The position numbers and the translations under genes are program-made. A stretch of 61,770 nt of DNA, counting the filler, from Choristocarpus tenellus KU-1152 (taxonomy: Eukaryota; Protista; Phaeophyceae), in assembly GCA_964200185.2 (NCBI GenBank). It is 13 parts of 13 records of this genome, joined end to end, with 100 filler letters (N's around TTAATTAATTAA, not from the genome) between each part and the next. Parts side by side here need not be neighbours in the genome. Positions count along the whole stretch, not along the records: positions 36,385 to 43,302 come from CAXNAD020007067.1; positions 43,403 to 49,120 come from CAXNAD020009918.1; positions 49,221 to 53,934 come from CAXNAD020013367.1; 10 more parts are not named here. The stretch is one strand, 5' to 3'. The notes below the pieces were generated by a model that was given only the letters and a program-made list of their open reading frames with translations, was not told where the DNA came from and made no database searches. Positions within the stretch are counted from its first letter, which is position 1. Every line of letters begins with the position of its first letter. Shown here piece after piece: positions 41,373-53,434 of the stretch.

Positions 41373-41778
41373 CACACACATAATCTTTGAAGTGCATGCA
41401 CCTGTGATCACCAACAAGTCAAGCACTAAGACTAACCTCATCTGTGATTCACAAACAATGGAAGCAAGATTGTAGTCGCAGATGTCGTCCACCTACGATT
41501 GGCTGACTATTGGGGAAATAACCTCACTTGGGGGGGAGGAAATGTGGTGGCAATCTGGATTCCAGAGGCAACAGAGAATGACGGGGCAGGATCGTGGACA
41601 GGCAATGGAGTAGAAGTGGAGCCAGACAATGGGGTGGGAACTGCGGTGACTGATGTCGGTGGAGGGTTTTACGAAGTGGCAACCGTGCCAGTGGCTGGGA
41701 TATTCAATCTAGAGCTGAGTGTGATAGAAGAAGGGGGCCTATGGGGCACATATCACCAGGACAGGGATTTTACAGACG
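36494..41778 (+). CDS. Filamin/ABP280-repeat protein with probable PA14 domain start, partial; about 7 exons (~36494-36732, 36821-36940, 37420-37544, 38235-38403, ~39505-39781, ~40765-40933, ~41470-41778)
   Basis: Repeated filamin signatures HIRGSPFTVQV, VQARDVIGN, AKDRWGN, HVRGSPFQV, IQSRDANAN, HIQGSPSAVTV, followed by GGLWGTY. Many N-x-S/T sites. Confidence 0.85.
41296..41380 (+). repeat. (CA)n microsatellite, intronic
   Basis: Seen directly. Confidence 0.97.
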
Positions 41779-42037
41779 GTGAGGGTGAAGGCAGCACGAT
41801 GTGGCTACTCTGTCAGGCTGCAAGAGATGTAGGGAAGGCTTGAAGAAAAGCTCGACCAATTCCAATTCCACCAAAGGAAGGAAATTGTACATTCTGGACT
41901 AAAATGGACTACTCACTGAAGAAACATAAATTTTTCCCCAAACAATCGAACTACAATTAAAATAGAAATATTTGGACGCAATTTTCTTTTTCAAGGGCCA
42001 GTGTTGATAGATGACTTTGTTGTCACTTTGTACTGAT

Positions 42038-42298
42038 GAGTCAAAGTATCTTAGGGGATAGACCCGCATCCGCTCGGGGACCAAAATCCAATGTTGCTAT
42101 TTTGATGAGATTTTGTCTATTATGTTTGTTAGAAAGCGTCAATGTCCTTGTTCCAGGCATGCCTTATTAAGACATACATTTTACCTACTCCAAGACATTT
42201 CGGAGGGGGTATAATATCATAATAACTTATGGAAAGTCAAGCCCCAAACGGAAAAACAGGGAAAAACTGTCCACAAACCCTTCAAGATGCTTTCACGC
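42038..42298. mobile_element. MITE family A, full diverged copy
   Basis: GAGTCAAAGTATCT...AGATGCTTTCACGC with flanks TGAT/CGAT. Confidence 0.88.
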
Positions 42299-43402
42299 CG
42301 ATCAGACATGACTACACTTGTGGAACGTTTACCGTGCGTTGATCCATTGGTCCTTTTTTCCCCCCCTAAAGGTTGCTTTCTCATAAGAACATATTCTAAA
42401 CATTACTAGCTCTTGTTTTGAAGGGTTTGCACCAATCTAGACCATGTTTCTAACATAGTCACTAGGGATGTAATTCTTGCCATGTAGACCATTTCCGTCG
42501 GAATGGTGACAACCATTTTCTGCTATTCGGAACTTAGGGCTTGCGAGCAGGGTTTGGAGTCGTGATTAGGGGATACTAGGAAGAGAATCAATTTCCCTTT
42601 GACTGTTGACTTTCTCATCATAAACGCCATGAGAAGGGGTTTAAGTAGAGAGTACCTTTTCTATTCATCATGTCCCCAAGAACTTTGTTGTTGATATTGC
42701 ATTGTGCAGTAACCAGGTCTACAAAATATCTTCTCAATGAATCCCATGCCTAACCCTTCTGATACATCTTTTTCACAGTACATAGTGCATGTCCTGTTCC
42801 CAAGCATATTTTATCACAGGGCTAGGGTTAGGGTCAGACCTTTGAACCGTTAGAGCTCAATGATCCAGTTGTCCATGTTTTCAGTCCTTACTCCTGTTCT
42901 TCAGTTTACTTGGGCAGCATGTACCCACTGATGGAAGTCTCCTGGTTGATGAGTCTAGAATGCATCCTCCACACTTGGCAAACCAATACCCACCTATTTT
43001 GCTCAGCTTTTGATATCACTTTGAAATAGGAGAGACTTTTTCTCCAGCCAAGGCCATAATTTGAAGAGATAGGATTATCTCACCAAGAGAGGAATAGACG
43101 CAGCTGTCTCAGCATAGAACATTGGAAAGCTCACAGCATAGGAGGACTTCCCCTGTACTTATTCATGAAAAAATAATTTTCGTTTTCCAAGATATGGAGC
43201 CTGAAACACTTGCACCTTAAATTTGTTGCCCTAAATACATAAGAGGAACTCCCAACCACAACAGACTCAAAGTATCTGGGGGGGGTGGCGGCTGTCCATT
43301 TGNNNNNNNNNNNNNNNNNNNNNNNNNNNNNNNNNNNNNNNNNNNNTTAATTAATTAANNNNNNNNNNNNNNNNNNNNNNNNNNNNNNNNNNNNNNNNNN
43401 NN

Positions 43403-43451
43403 CTTTGGCCCCCAAATGGACGCGGCTCTACCCTCTAAGATACTTTGGCTC
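43403..43451. mobile_element. MITE family A end overlapping the FNT stop codon
   Basis: GAGCCAAAGTATCTTAGAGGGTAG on the minus strand reads EPKYLRG* in frame with the last FNT exon. Confidence 0.88.
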
Positions 43452-46400
43452 TGTGGTCACATGCTGCCGCTCGTCACCTTTCCCCCCCTCTAGTGTATTA
43501 CCGGCTGCTACAAGTTGCGTTATCTCTCTGTTGGCAGCACCATGACCGTTGAACTCCCAGAGGGTGTCCTCATAGTGGACGTGAAGGAAGAAGAATGGAC
43601 CTGCTACCATGACCAAGGCACCAATGATGTTTCCAATAGATGCAGGTACGATGTTCCACAAAAACGCCTGTGCAAGGAACAAGTAGGCAGTGCTCATAAA
43701 TTGCAGATATTGAAGGTGTTTTGTGTAATAGGATATCTCCTCATTCTATCAAAATAAGATAGTGTGCTGTCTGTCAGACATCCGTATTCACTGTCCCAAA
43801 GGAAAGTGCCACTGTAGAAATGATCCTCGGAAAAGAAGTCCATTGGCCTGCAAGCACCTGTCTATTAAGGGGGGTATTGTGGTAAGGGGAGTGCGTACCT
43901 GTGTTGTGCCAATAAACCGGCTCATGCATGGAACGTACGACGATGGTATAGAAAGTATTTCCCACCTGTGCGTTAAAAGAAAAAGGCAGCTGTCATGTGC
44001 CTCTTGCCTCACCTCTTCCCAAGTCACTGGGGGGTTGCTCATTGTGATCAACCCAATGCTGAAGTAGCCCATATTGGCTGTGGTGTGCTGAGCACCTAGG
44101 GCAACGAAGCCCAGCACTGGAAAAAATATGCCAACCAGCATGCCAGGAAGGGTTCTGTTGTTGTTGATCACGAAGAGAATCAGCATGGGAAATATGTCCT
44201 CGGTTAGTCAACCTCGCGAGAGGGGGTGAAGCCTTGGTAGACATACCCTGGGGGGATGATTGGAGTGACGATTCTTCGGTATTTAACATGTCACAAGATG
44301 AACCACTAACCATATATGCCGAAATTTTCAATTTTCTCCATGCGAAAATAGGCTTTCAGCTGTCGGGGTGCCATGTCAAAGATATTCCAGCAAGAACAGG
44401 TCATCTCAAACATCAATCGTCAAGCAAAAGGGTAAAAATTCGTCAAACTTAACTTAGCTGTTTTGCTTCACATAGTCTGCACACCTAGTATACTGAAAGC
44501 AAGCTTTAGTTCTACCTGGAGTATTATCCAAATCAATACTTCTAAACTACTATTTTTTCTTCTTACTTCAGTGGAAGGGAGATCACAGACAATACTGAAA
44601 AAATTGCTTTGGTGCCTTGTACATGGAAGTACATTGATCGTCACCTTGCCGATGATGCCAGAAGAACTGCCATGCCCACAAGCCAATTCCCAAGGAAGGC
44701 CGAAGCCACAACCTGCAGAAGCCCAAATAATCGAAAAATACGACAGAAGAGAACAGCAGGGGCATAATCGAGAACTCTCAGGGTTGGCCTGTTGAGTAAT
44801 CCCAGAAGAAAGGAAAAACATCATCACAATGTTGAGATGGGGGTTAGCCAGGAGATAGGAGCATTAGGGGCAGCAGACTACCGATAGAACTGAATTCTCT
44901 GTTTCAAAGAGAAAGCTCTAAAAGACCGAAATTTGTGAGGCATTTAAGACAATATTGCTTCCAAGGGAAAGCACTAAGCTGTGCAATTGAAATTGAAGTA
45001 ATTATATCCTGAAACACCTACAATAATGATAGTGGCACCATAGTTTAGTCCAATCCCAATGTGTCTGACTCTGTAGCGTGAAAGATCGCACATGCTTGTA
45101 CTGGGATAGTAGAGCTCTATCATTCAACACTAACTCCAGACAAACACACATTATATATATTTCCAATAGTAGCCATTTTCTATGCACGAATGTACAGATG
45201 ATGTCTTAGAGCACATAGGCATACATGATAGTGCACTTGTGACAAACTTGTGCTCACCTCGAACAACTTAGTCCTTCCCAAGGATGTCTATTGAAGATTT
45301 CATTATCTCTTGTGGACAAAATCAAGAACTCTACTATACTGAAACCCTACAGTCAAAGGTATTATATAGGTACTAGTGAGTGGTAGATCTCTATTATTGA
45401 ACTGGTCTCGACGCCTGCCTCATGGCCACGGCCTATCAATCGCCAAACCACCAACTCACAGCTTCATGATGATCATTCTATCAACTTCGAGGCAGGGGAA
45501 GGCAACGGGTTGCAAGGCTTGTCTCAAAATCATTACGAAAGAGTAACTATCCATGAAGTTTGGGCTATTGCATGTACCTCAAACCACCCCTCAGTGCTGT
45601 TATCCTTGAATTTGTCGACCTTACTGGTGAGGATCTCTGCCAGACGTTCCTTCGCCTCATTTGTCATAACATGTCCCGCTTTCATCATGGCAGCCACAAA
45701 TAGCGCACCAAGCAAGTTGAATATCCAAACCCACATCCAGAACCGCAAACACTTCTGGAAGGCGTGAGGCACGCAAATCATGGGCGACACGTGAGGTCGA
45801 AAACTGGATGTTTTTGGCAATTCTCCCTCTCTCTCCCCTGCTCGCCGAATCCCTTTTCAGTGTTTCCTACGTAGAGTCAACAGAATTTGAAAGCTAGAAG
45901 ACATGGGCAGCATAATGAAATATAGTCGAACATAGACTGTCACACAACATGTGCTTGCACAGAAGTTCTACTCTGCACAGGAAGATCGAAATTCCTCCAA
46001 CTCGTTCATTGGAATTCCGTCAGTCACGAACGGGCTTACCTGGCAGTGCTGCCAGATGTGAGATCTGTTTTTTGTTGAGGACAATGCCCCACCTTCAATG
46101 TCCTTGGCATACGCATGACTGCCACTCCCCAGAGTCAGCATCCACACCTGTAGTCACAGGGATGGCCTCAGAGAATTAATGAAGATAGGTAGAGAAAGAA
46201 AAGCACCTCAACCTGGGTTCACCACGCTGTTGTTCGTTTTGGTGGGTGAGAGATACCGCTCACCGGTATTGCCACGATGACTGCGGTGAACAGTGCAGTT
46301 CCTGTTGTGACAACGAGAAAGAAGCCCCCAACGAACCCGAGACCCATCAGAAGATTTTCCATCCCAAGAGATTCCGCCCCTTGACTGAGGAAGACAGACA

Positions 46401-46590
46401 AGGCAGCTCCAAAAGCGATGAAGCATCCAGCCAGAACAGCACCGACGGCTTGGATTCCAGGAGGCTTCGAAATTAAGATACTGCCTTGCTCAGCCAAGGT
46501 TAAATATGTATCCATTGGTGATCTGCGATAGTCAGACTGTGATCGTCGGTGCAGAGCTTCGTGTACCTTGTCACTAATAATCATGGTCAT
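43428..46590 (-). CDS. Formate/nitrite transporter (FNT family), ~353 aa; exons 46590-46264, 46147-46040, 45754-45578, 44712-44645, 44154-44013, 43667-43428
   Basis: All five introns are GT-AG with matching phases. FNT motifs LAGCFIAFG, GTALFT, FNLLGA, LGNWLVGMA, FFPVLGFVALGAQHTTANM, IGNIIGA. Confidence 0.93.
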
Positions 46591-46824
46591 GGTTATGTCT
46601 TGAGAAATCGCGTGGTGGAAGGAGCAAAGTCGTAGAAATGTCGATGAGGGGGAACAGCTGCGTGTCTATCACGAAGTTCAATGAACTTTAGGTGCTTTTC
46701 CATTCCCCAATCTGATAAATCTCAATTTGCAGGATGAAGGTTGCGAGGTTCAATGTGGCTCGATTAAAACAGAAAAGTAATAAATTGATACCATAATGGG
46801 TAAGAACTGAGAGATGCTGGGTAT

Positions 46825-47005
46825 GTGACATTATATATTATGCCCTTTGACATTTTGCAGATGTGTCAGGGGGAAAACCAATAATGTCTTACAGTATTCT
46901 TATGTTTAGGACATTTTATATACACATATGTATATAGTTTTCATTGGTTTCCCCCTGACACATCTGCAATATGTCATTATTAGACCTTAAGAAATAAAGA
47001 TACAG
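46825..47005 (-). mobile_element. CRE-like 3' tail copy with internal inverted duplication (~35-bp arms 46848-46883 / 46943-46976)
   Basis: TGACATTTTGCAGATGTGTCAGGGGAAAACCAAT versus ATTGGTTTCCCCCTGACACATCTGCAATATGTCA; flanks match 28770-28870. Confidence 0.7.
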
Positions 47006-47044
47006 TTTTACAGATATTGGGAGTGATAGATTTCCTTGTCTTCT

Positions 47045-47319
47045 TGTAACGTCTCTTCATGAGTATGCTTTTCCGAAGACGGATCTCCTATCTCTGAAGG
47101 GTTTCTTTTCTGAAACCCATCCGAATCGTGATCCTCCCCACTTCCTCAGTAGTTCCTCACTTTTTCCTGTAAGTCCTTTCAAATCTTCCGCTTGTCGAAC
47201 CATAACCCTGTCCTCTCGGTTACGGTTCGTCTTCGTCCGTCTGGTTCGTCTTGCCCAGTGATTCTCTTTACCACCCTTGCCTGAGTGAGGTACACCACCA
47301 CATAATCACCCGATTCATA
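47045..47319 (-). repeat. Dispersed LTR-like repeat body without the tRNA segment (copy 3)
   Basis: Reverse complement aligns with 54961-55125 and 61726-61770 starting exactly at TATGAATCG. The distal boundary is uncertain. Confidence 0.75.
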
Positions 47320-47858
47320 AGTAAGAGGTATTAATGCTACCCAATAAAATTGATGTAATTAATTTCTTGGAAAGATACGAAGTGGGACGGACCAAATTTA
47401 CAGCTTGTGACAGATAGATACAAGTAAGCGAGTCCATTTTAGAATAAAGTAATAATGCTTGGACGCTTTTTTGTACTACTATTCAACACCACTCACAACA
47501 ACAGACTATATAATATGATGGGCGCACTCTACAAAAAGCACACTACTACCTTGACTTCGATCTCGCTCACAAAAAAGTGTTTTGAAAGTGCTAAATACAT
47601 ATTATTAGTACAAAAACATACCCACAACTGGTCGTCCTTGGCGTCATTGCTCTGTTTTTGGTCCTAATCAATACACGTTTCTTCTACTTTTCGTTGTAAT
47701 GTAACAGTTTCTGTCGAAGGAATGAGTGGGTTGGATCAATATTATACTTCCTTTTCAAGGAAATTGGATTTCGTACATAGCAGACCAGAAGTCCACTAAT
47801 TGATTGCGTGCTGAGATGGGGGAAAGGCCCGTCCCAATCCTGCTCTCTCCAACCTGCA

Positions 47859-48036
47859 TCATCCTGCCTGTCACTAAACCACAAAAGGAAAAGGCGGAGA
47901 ACTTGAACTGTGGTGGCAAAGCCTCATCGGTCACAAGAGTAAGATACAGGTAACGACTTGATATATATGTTCATTTATACACCACAGTTCAAGTTCTCCG
48001 CCTTTTCCTTTTGTGGTTTAGTGACAGGCAGGATGA
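47859..48036. repeat. Perfect 57-bp inverted repeat with 64-nt spacer
   Basis: Arms 47859-47915 and 47980-48036 are exact reverse complements. Confidence 0.93.
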
Positions 48037-49045
48037 ACACGTACTGATTTATGATGTATTGGATTGAAGTGTAATGTAGTATACGTTCTATTATGTATTG
48101 TGTATGTGACGGATACGTAGGTCCTTTGGGGAACTAATCTCAATCAAGTTCATTTCCGCGCGCACACATAAGTGTGTTGCACGCATTTTTGTTGTTTTTG
48201 GTTGACGCTCACATCAATATAAATGAGAGAGAAGTCCTGAGGATGCCCAGATCACTCCCCTTGATGGTCACAATGATATGACGTCATCGATAGGATACAA
48301 GTTTCAACTCAGGCTTTGTCCCAAGATTTGATGGTTGTGAGCGCTCTAACACAACTGGTGATCAAGAACACCCCCCACAACTGATCGGACCCTGCCTCAC
48401 AACATTTCTTCAGGGCAATTTTTTTGTGAAGTCATTACCCACAACTTAGCCAATAATCGCCTACTCATAGTGAAGCTTTGCCACCTGCTGGAGTGATGGG
48501 CAGTTGGATGACTGAACCCAATTGTGCGAGAAAATACAATATATTCATGCGGAAGTGTAATTAGTCATAGTCCAACAACAGAACAGAAAATTTGTAGTTG
48601 AGAAGTCGTGCAATGCATAGTACCTCAGTCAGGCAGTGATATGTACTAATTTTCCGTTTGTTGTGTGATGATGAATGCTCAAGAGCGGTGATAATGATTA
48701 CTGTAATCGTAACACAGTGGGTGTTAAGAGTAGGGGAGTGCATCAAAAGTTATCTGTGTTTTGTCCTAGTGACACTTTAGACGGTATAATTGATATTGCA
48801 CTTCTGGTGAGTACATACCAGTAAGAAGTAGGAAGAAAAAGTTAAGGAAAAAGGCAAGTTGTGGACATAAAATTCAAGGAGTGCCGACATTCACACGGGA
48901 GTCAACTCCATTGAGGGAGACTTCTCCCCTGATGGGGGAATCACCCCCCCTATTCGGCAAGTCGCTCTCCCATTTTCCGTTGTTTTGATGGCATACATTG
49001 GGTTGCTGATTTGTTGGGCATTTTGTTCCCCGAGAGAGAACCCCC

Positions 49046-49120
49046 TGTTGAAACACTAGTAAACCCCTGAGCTACCGAGCAGATAGTCACACCGACTATC
49101 TGCTCGGTAGCTCAGGGGTT
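49046..49120. repeat. TGTTG-starting mini-element with perfect 27-bp hairpin, cut by contig end
   Basis: AACCCCTGAGCTACCGAGCAGATAGTC-ACACC-reverse complement. The first 43 bp recur at 50457. Confidence 0.8.
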
Positions 49121-50456
49121 NNNNNNNNNNNNNNNNNNNNNNNNNNNNNNNNNNNNNNNNNNNNTTAATTAATTAANNNNNNNNNNNNNNNNNNNNNNNN
49201 NNNNNNNNNNNNNNNNNNNNTCGCCTTTTTGAGTACAACAAGCCGCTGAGCGTGTCTGTGAGATAGATGATGAAAGATGACACAAAATAAAAGAAATGAC
49301 ATCGATGTACGGCATCTTGGGGGACTCCGCTGCTACGACAACATGACAACACTGCTCACAAGTACTAGCAGCTAACACATCTGAATGCTACTACCATTTT
49401 TTTTTACCTTTTGGTTTCGGAACTTTGGAAATCATTAATTATCATCAATTAAGTATGTCCTACTACCACCTTCGGCATGGATTCCCATCCAAAAAGGGAC
49501 CCTCAAAAAGTGCCGCAATATATACAAAAAANNNNNNNNNNCCATTTTGGGAAAAATCCATCCTCCATGAAATAATCCATCCGCCATTATCTCGATCCAC
49601 TGTTATGGGAAGTAACACAGCTCAGGATGGTCATGAAAGCCAATTAATGGGCAATCAAGACTGAGCCATCACCATAAAAGATTGGGAACTTGAGCTTGAG
49701 GTCCATGAAGACCCCAGCAAGGTAAATGTTTCAGAGACCAAGGCACAGGTGTAGGCATGGTAGGACTTGATTGTGTGTTAGTGGGCTCATGCAGAAGGCT
49801 CATAACCTGTTTGAAACCTATATTTTGATGGATTGGGCTGAAGTACAGATCAGCAATGATGTTATTGTTCAGATGGAGTGCTCTGCAAACAGGTTTGTGG
49901 TCTAGAAAAGAGAAATGTTTTGACCCAGTGCAATGAAGCGCTGATTATTTCCAGATGAGGCTAATCAGATAGTGTGTTGTGTAGAGAGGGTTGCTGCATT
50001 GTGGGGAAACGTTGCGGATGTATTAACTCTGAATATATAGCATCCAACTGTGCAGCGATATACGCAAAAGGCAGAGTGAACACAAGAGACCATGGTGGGC
50101 GTCTGGTTTGTAAACTTGATGCAATGTTTGAACGCATCTACCAGAAAAAGAAAAACCAGTCTCTTTTATTACACAGAACTTCAAGGAAAACTTCAGGAAT
50201 TGCAAACTTGATACAAAAAATAGGACAATGAGTATGCATGTCCACTATGAATCCGTGTATGTATGCTAGGTGTTAAAGTGTGTGCATAGTCACCACGATC
50301 CGAGTGGACAGTATCATAGCAAAGTACAGTTGCAACAAGTCAGGTGGGGATCTCCGACTAAAATTACGAATCCACCAGGGTAGCTCATGCTTTATAAAAT
50401 GAAACTCACAAACAAATCACACAAAAGGAAGAACTATCCAGCCATGAAGACGCATG

Positions 50457-50522
50457 TGTTGAAACACTAGTAAACCCCTCAGCTACCGAGCAGACAGTCG
50501 GCTGGCTTATAGTGTTTCAACA
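50457..50522. mobile_element. 66-bp mini-element, 13-bp TIR TGTTGAAACACTA/TAGTGTTTCAACA
   Basis: Flanks GCATG/GCATA (5-bp TSD with one mismatch); homologous to 49046-49088. Confidence 0.7.
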
Positions 50523-50827
50523 GCATATCATACACATCTATACACACGTAGTAGGGAGGAAATATACAGGAGTTGCCTGTTACGTGGCACATGAAGACCA
50601 ATCATAGCAGGCTAACTTCTCGTCCCGGTAGCACTGTGAAAAATAGTGCAACAAGGAGTTAGCATTCTGCAAAAGGTGCTTATATTCTTCACCAATAGCA
50701 CCAATACTGCAGGTTCCTCAATCTCCACATATGCCAAACAGGACGCTCTGGGCAAATTGCCCTTGCACTTTGTGAGGAATTTCTTAAGCCCATTCTTCCA
50801 TAGAGCAGGGTGCTTAAGGCATGTTAC

Positions 50828-53279
50828 TCACATGATCGGCTGCCTTTTCTCAAGGAGCTGGAATATGCTCAGGGCGTATCTAGGGGTAAGGGGGGGAGGG
50901 GGTTGAGATGGTCAGATTGGCACAAGGATCAAAACATGAGGTGCTTAATATGCTTCTAGCTTGGTTGAGCAAATCGCATAATGCAAGATAGCAAATACAG
51001 CATATTCTCTCTCAACCATATGTATCAGTTGTTCGAGAATGGGTCAAATATTGAAATACAGTATTCAGTTTGTTTAGAACTGCTCTGATGTTGAGTGCTC
51101 CAGACCACACACTGTTCAAGAAAATATGTACAAAATGTGCTTTTGTGAAGTAATCTGGGATGCCTTAAGTTCCAAGTTTATCATTTCAAGAAATAACAGC
51201 ATAGCGCTGTAAATGACTACTTCAGTGCCATATCAAACGCTAACCGGTAGATCCCAAATAGCAACATCCCCCCAATGGTCACTACTCTCATTGTGCTTGC
51301 CACTGAACCTTGAGTTGGCGATGATGGCAAAGTTGAATGATAATTCTCTGTCTAGGTGTAACCTCAACTACAGAGTGGAACCGTGTGATTACTGCGCAAT
51401 AGAAAATGCATTCTGAATGATCCATTCTTCTCCATGATGCACAAGGGTGGAATCTGTATGCCCATCCAGATTTTGTCAATTCTTGAGATCTTTTTTATTG
51501 TTTGTAACACTGAATAATCGTTCCAATCTCTGTGGATCCCATTTTCCTCAACTCCCAATTCTTAATCTTAGACAGTCAAAGAACAATTGTTTCGACCACC
51601 TGTATGTACGCACCTCATCTGGACGTCCCTAGGCCAGTTCTTGCTGAACCAAGGTATATCTCGGAGGTAATTGTCCCCAGTTTGCATCCACTCTAAGTTT
51701 TCCTTTACTGTGCTCTTAGTGGATATGGGCGATCCATCTCTCAGGTAGTTGCGGATGTATTGCTGAGGGAAGGTGGGGGGGAGGGGGTGATTGAAGTAAT
51801 AGGATTTCAAAAACTAGTCTTCTATTATAGAACCCCAGAGTTCAAACGATTTGAGATACATGGGTCGTGAAAGAGTTGGAGTCCCTAGTTCGTTTGAAGC
51901 CACTGATTCTCCAAAACTTGTGTTCCCCTGAAGTAAGTAGAATGCGCCAAATGCGGCAATGGCAACGGACATGATGACCAACATGGGTGTACTTGAGGGG
52001 TACATCATATGTATGCTGAGTTATTTTCCTACTACATGAAAACTAAGTTAGGGCTCAATCTTGGTGGTACATGTGACCTATTTGGAAAAGGAATAATGTC
52101 CAACCTTAGATGCTGGGAAACTGCCATCTTGCAACACTCTTGAAGCATTGCGAGGGAAAAATGGTGAAATATGGAGTTACTTTCGTGCTAAATAACACGG
52201 GTCTGATCAGTAACAAACACACTAGACTATGCAGCTTTTATCATAAGCATGTTTTCACAGCAAATATCCACCCTCATGATTCTCCAGAGCTGATGCACCA
52301 AGCCTATGCCAGGGTCCTAGAATGTCGTATGTAATGAGACCAACATTGTCACATACCTTAAAAAGCGGAAGAAGCACATCCAGTTCCATTTCGTCCGCGG
52401 CCTGTCTAATCTGTACTGCTGCTCGGTCTGGGAGCTTGTCACAGAAACGTTTACATATGCCAGAAGTCCACTCCTGTGCTGTTCGAGCCAAGGCAAGGTC
52501 CCACAGATCATGGAGGTGCTTCAGGCGCGTGTACCTTGCAACAGTTGGGGGCAGACCCTTTCCTTTGCCACCATGGTTGTCATTCCCACAACTGCTTTCT
52601 ACTCTCATTACATCCCACATGAAGTCGGACAACAATATGTTGGCGGTTTCTTCTGACAAAGTCTGCACCAGATTTCCTCCAACAGAAGCCAAGATACTGA
52701 TAGCAGAGTCCAACACCTCAAGCAGACTCTGTGCACGAGCAGGTGTACTAAGATCCCTGCCATGTGTGAAAGGGTTCGTAATGGTTTGGAAGCGATTGGG
52801 CTATGTGTTGAGGTGCGACATGACACAGAGCACTTCGAGCAGATGGCAAATAGGAATGTAAATATATACAACGCTTTAATATCAACTGACGAACTTTAAT
52901 TGCAAGAATATCGCACCTTAGTCAGCGTAAGTTCTGAAATGTCTCTAAGCTTGACAAATACCTCCGAAGACAAGAATTAACCTCAATAAAATCTAGCAAC
53001 TTCAGCTGCCAAACTGATCCATTGAGAAAGTCACAGCCAAATATACCTATTTTTATTCCCATTTTCAAGTACACGTGATAGAATTAGGGCATCTACGATT
53101 TTGATAGACCTCTCTCCTTACCTAGAAATGGCCACCTTTTCACACTGGGGTAGAGGCTCCTGACAAACCTTCAAGCCGAGCTTTGTCAACAGTGCCTCCC
53201 CACCACCCTCATCACCCCGGTATGAAAACTGAATGGCGTCTTCATCCAGCCGCACAATGGGGATGCCTGATAGAATCAC
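50828..53279 (-). CDS. RNF213 (mysterin)-like protein, C-terminal region; last four exons 53279-53122, 52756-52357, 51762-51614, 50879-50828
   Basis: Phase-consistent splicing to a stop. The sequence ...KVCQEPLPQCEKVAISRDLSTPARAQSLLEVLDSAISILASVGG...RLKHLHDLWDL...GICKRFCDKLP...ELDVLLPLFKQYI...WPRDVQMRYALSIFQLL parallels the RNF213 C-terminus as recalled (MAQDSLP..AISGQL...EVLSVVEVTLGFLSTAGG...QLKHTIALW...ISSRYKADL...LDAFLLELHEMI...FPEEILL). Confidence 0.72.
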
Positions 53280-53434
53280 CTTTTGAAACAGACGAAAACT
53301 GTCAGTGTTCAGAGTCAAGTATATGAGAGGTATCCATAGTGGCAGTTTAAGGATGCTGACAATTATGTGCAAACATTACCTTTACAAAGGTATATATCAC
53401 ATTTCCTCTGTTCAGAATTATATGTAATATAACT

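Noticed and set aside
42818-42836. TTAGGG-like units (also ~61416-61430)
   Set aside because: Only 2-3 imperfect units; not a telomere array.
51814-52008. 64-aa ORF with signal-anchor-like N-terminus
   Set aside because: Lies inside an intron of the RNF213-like model; no recognisable family or other support.
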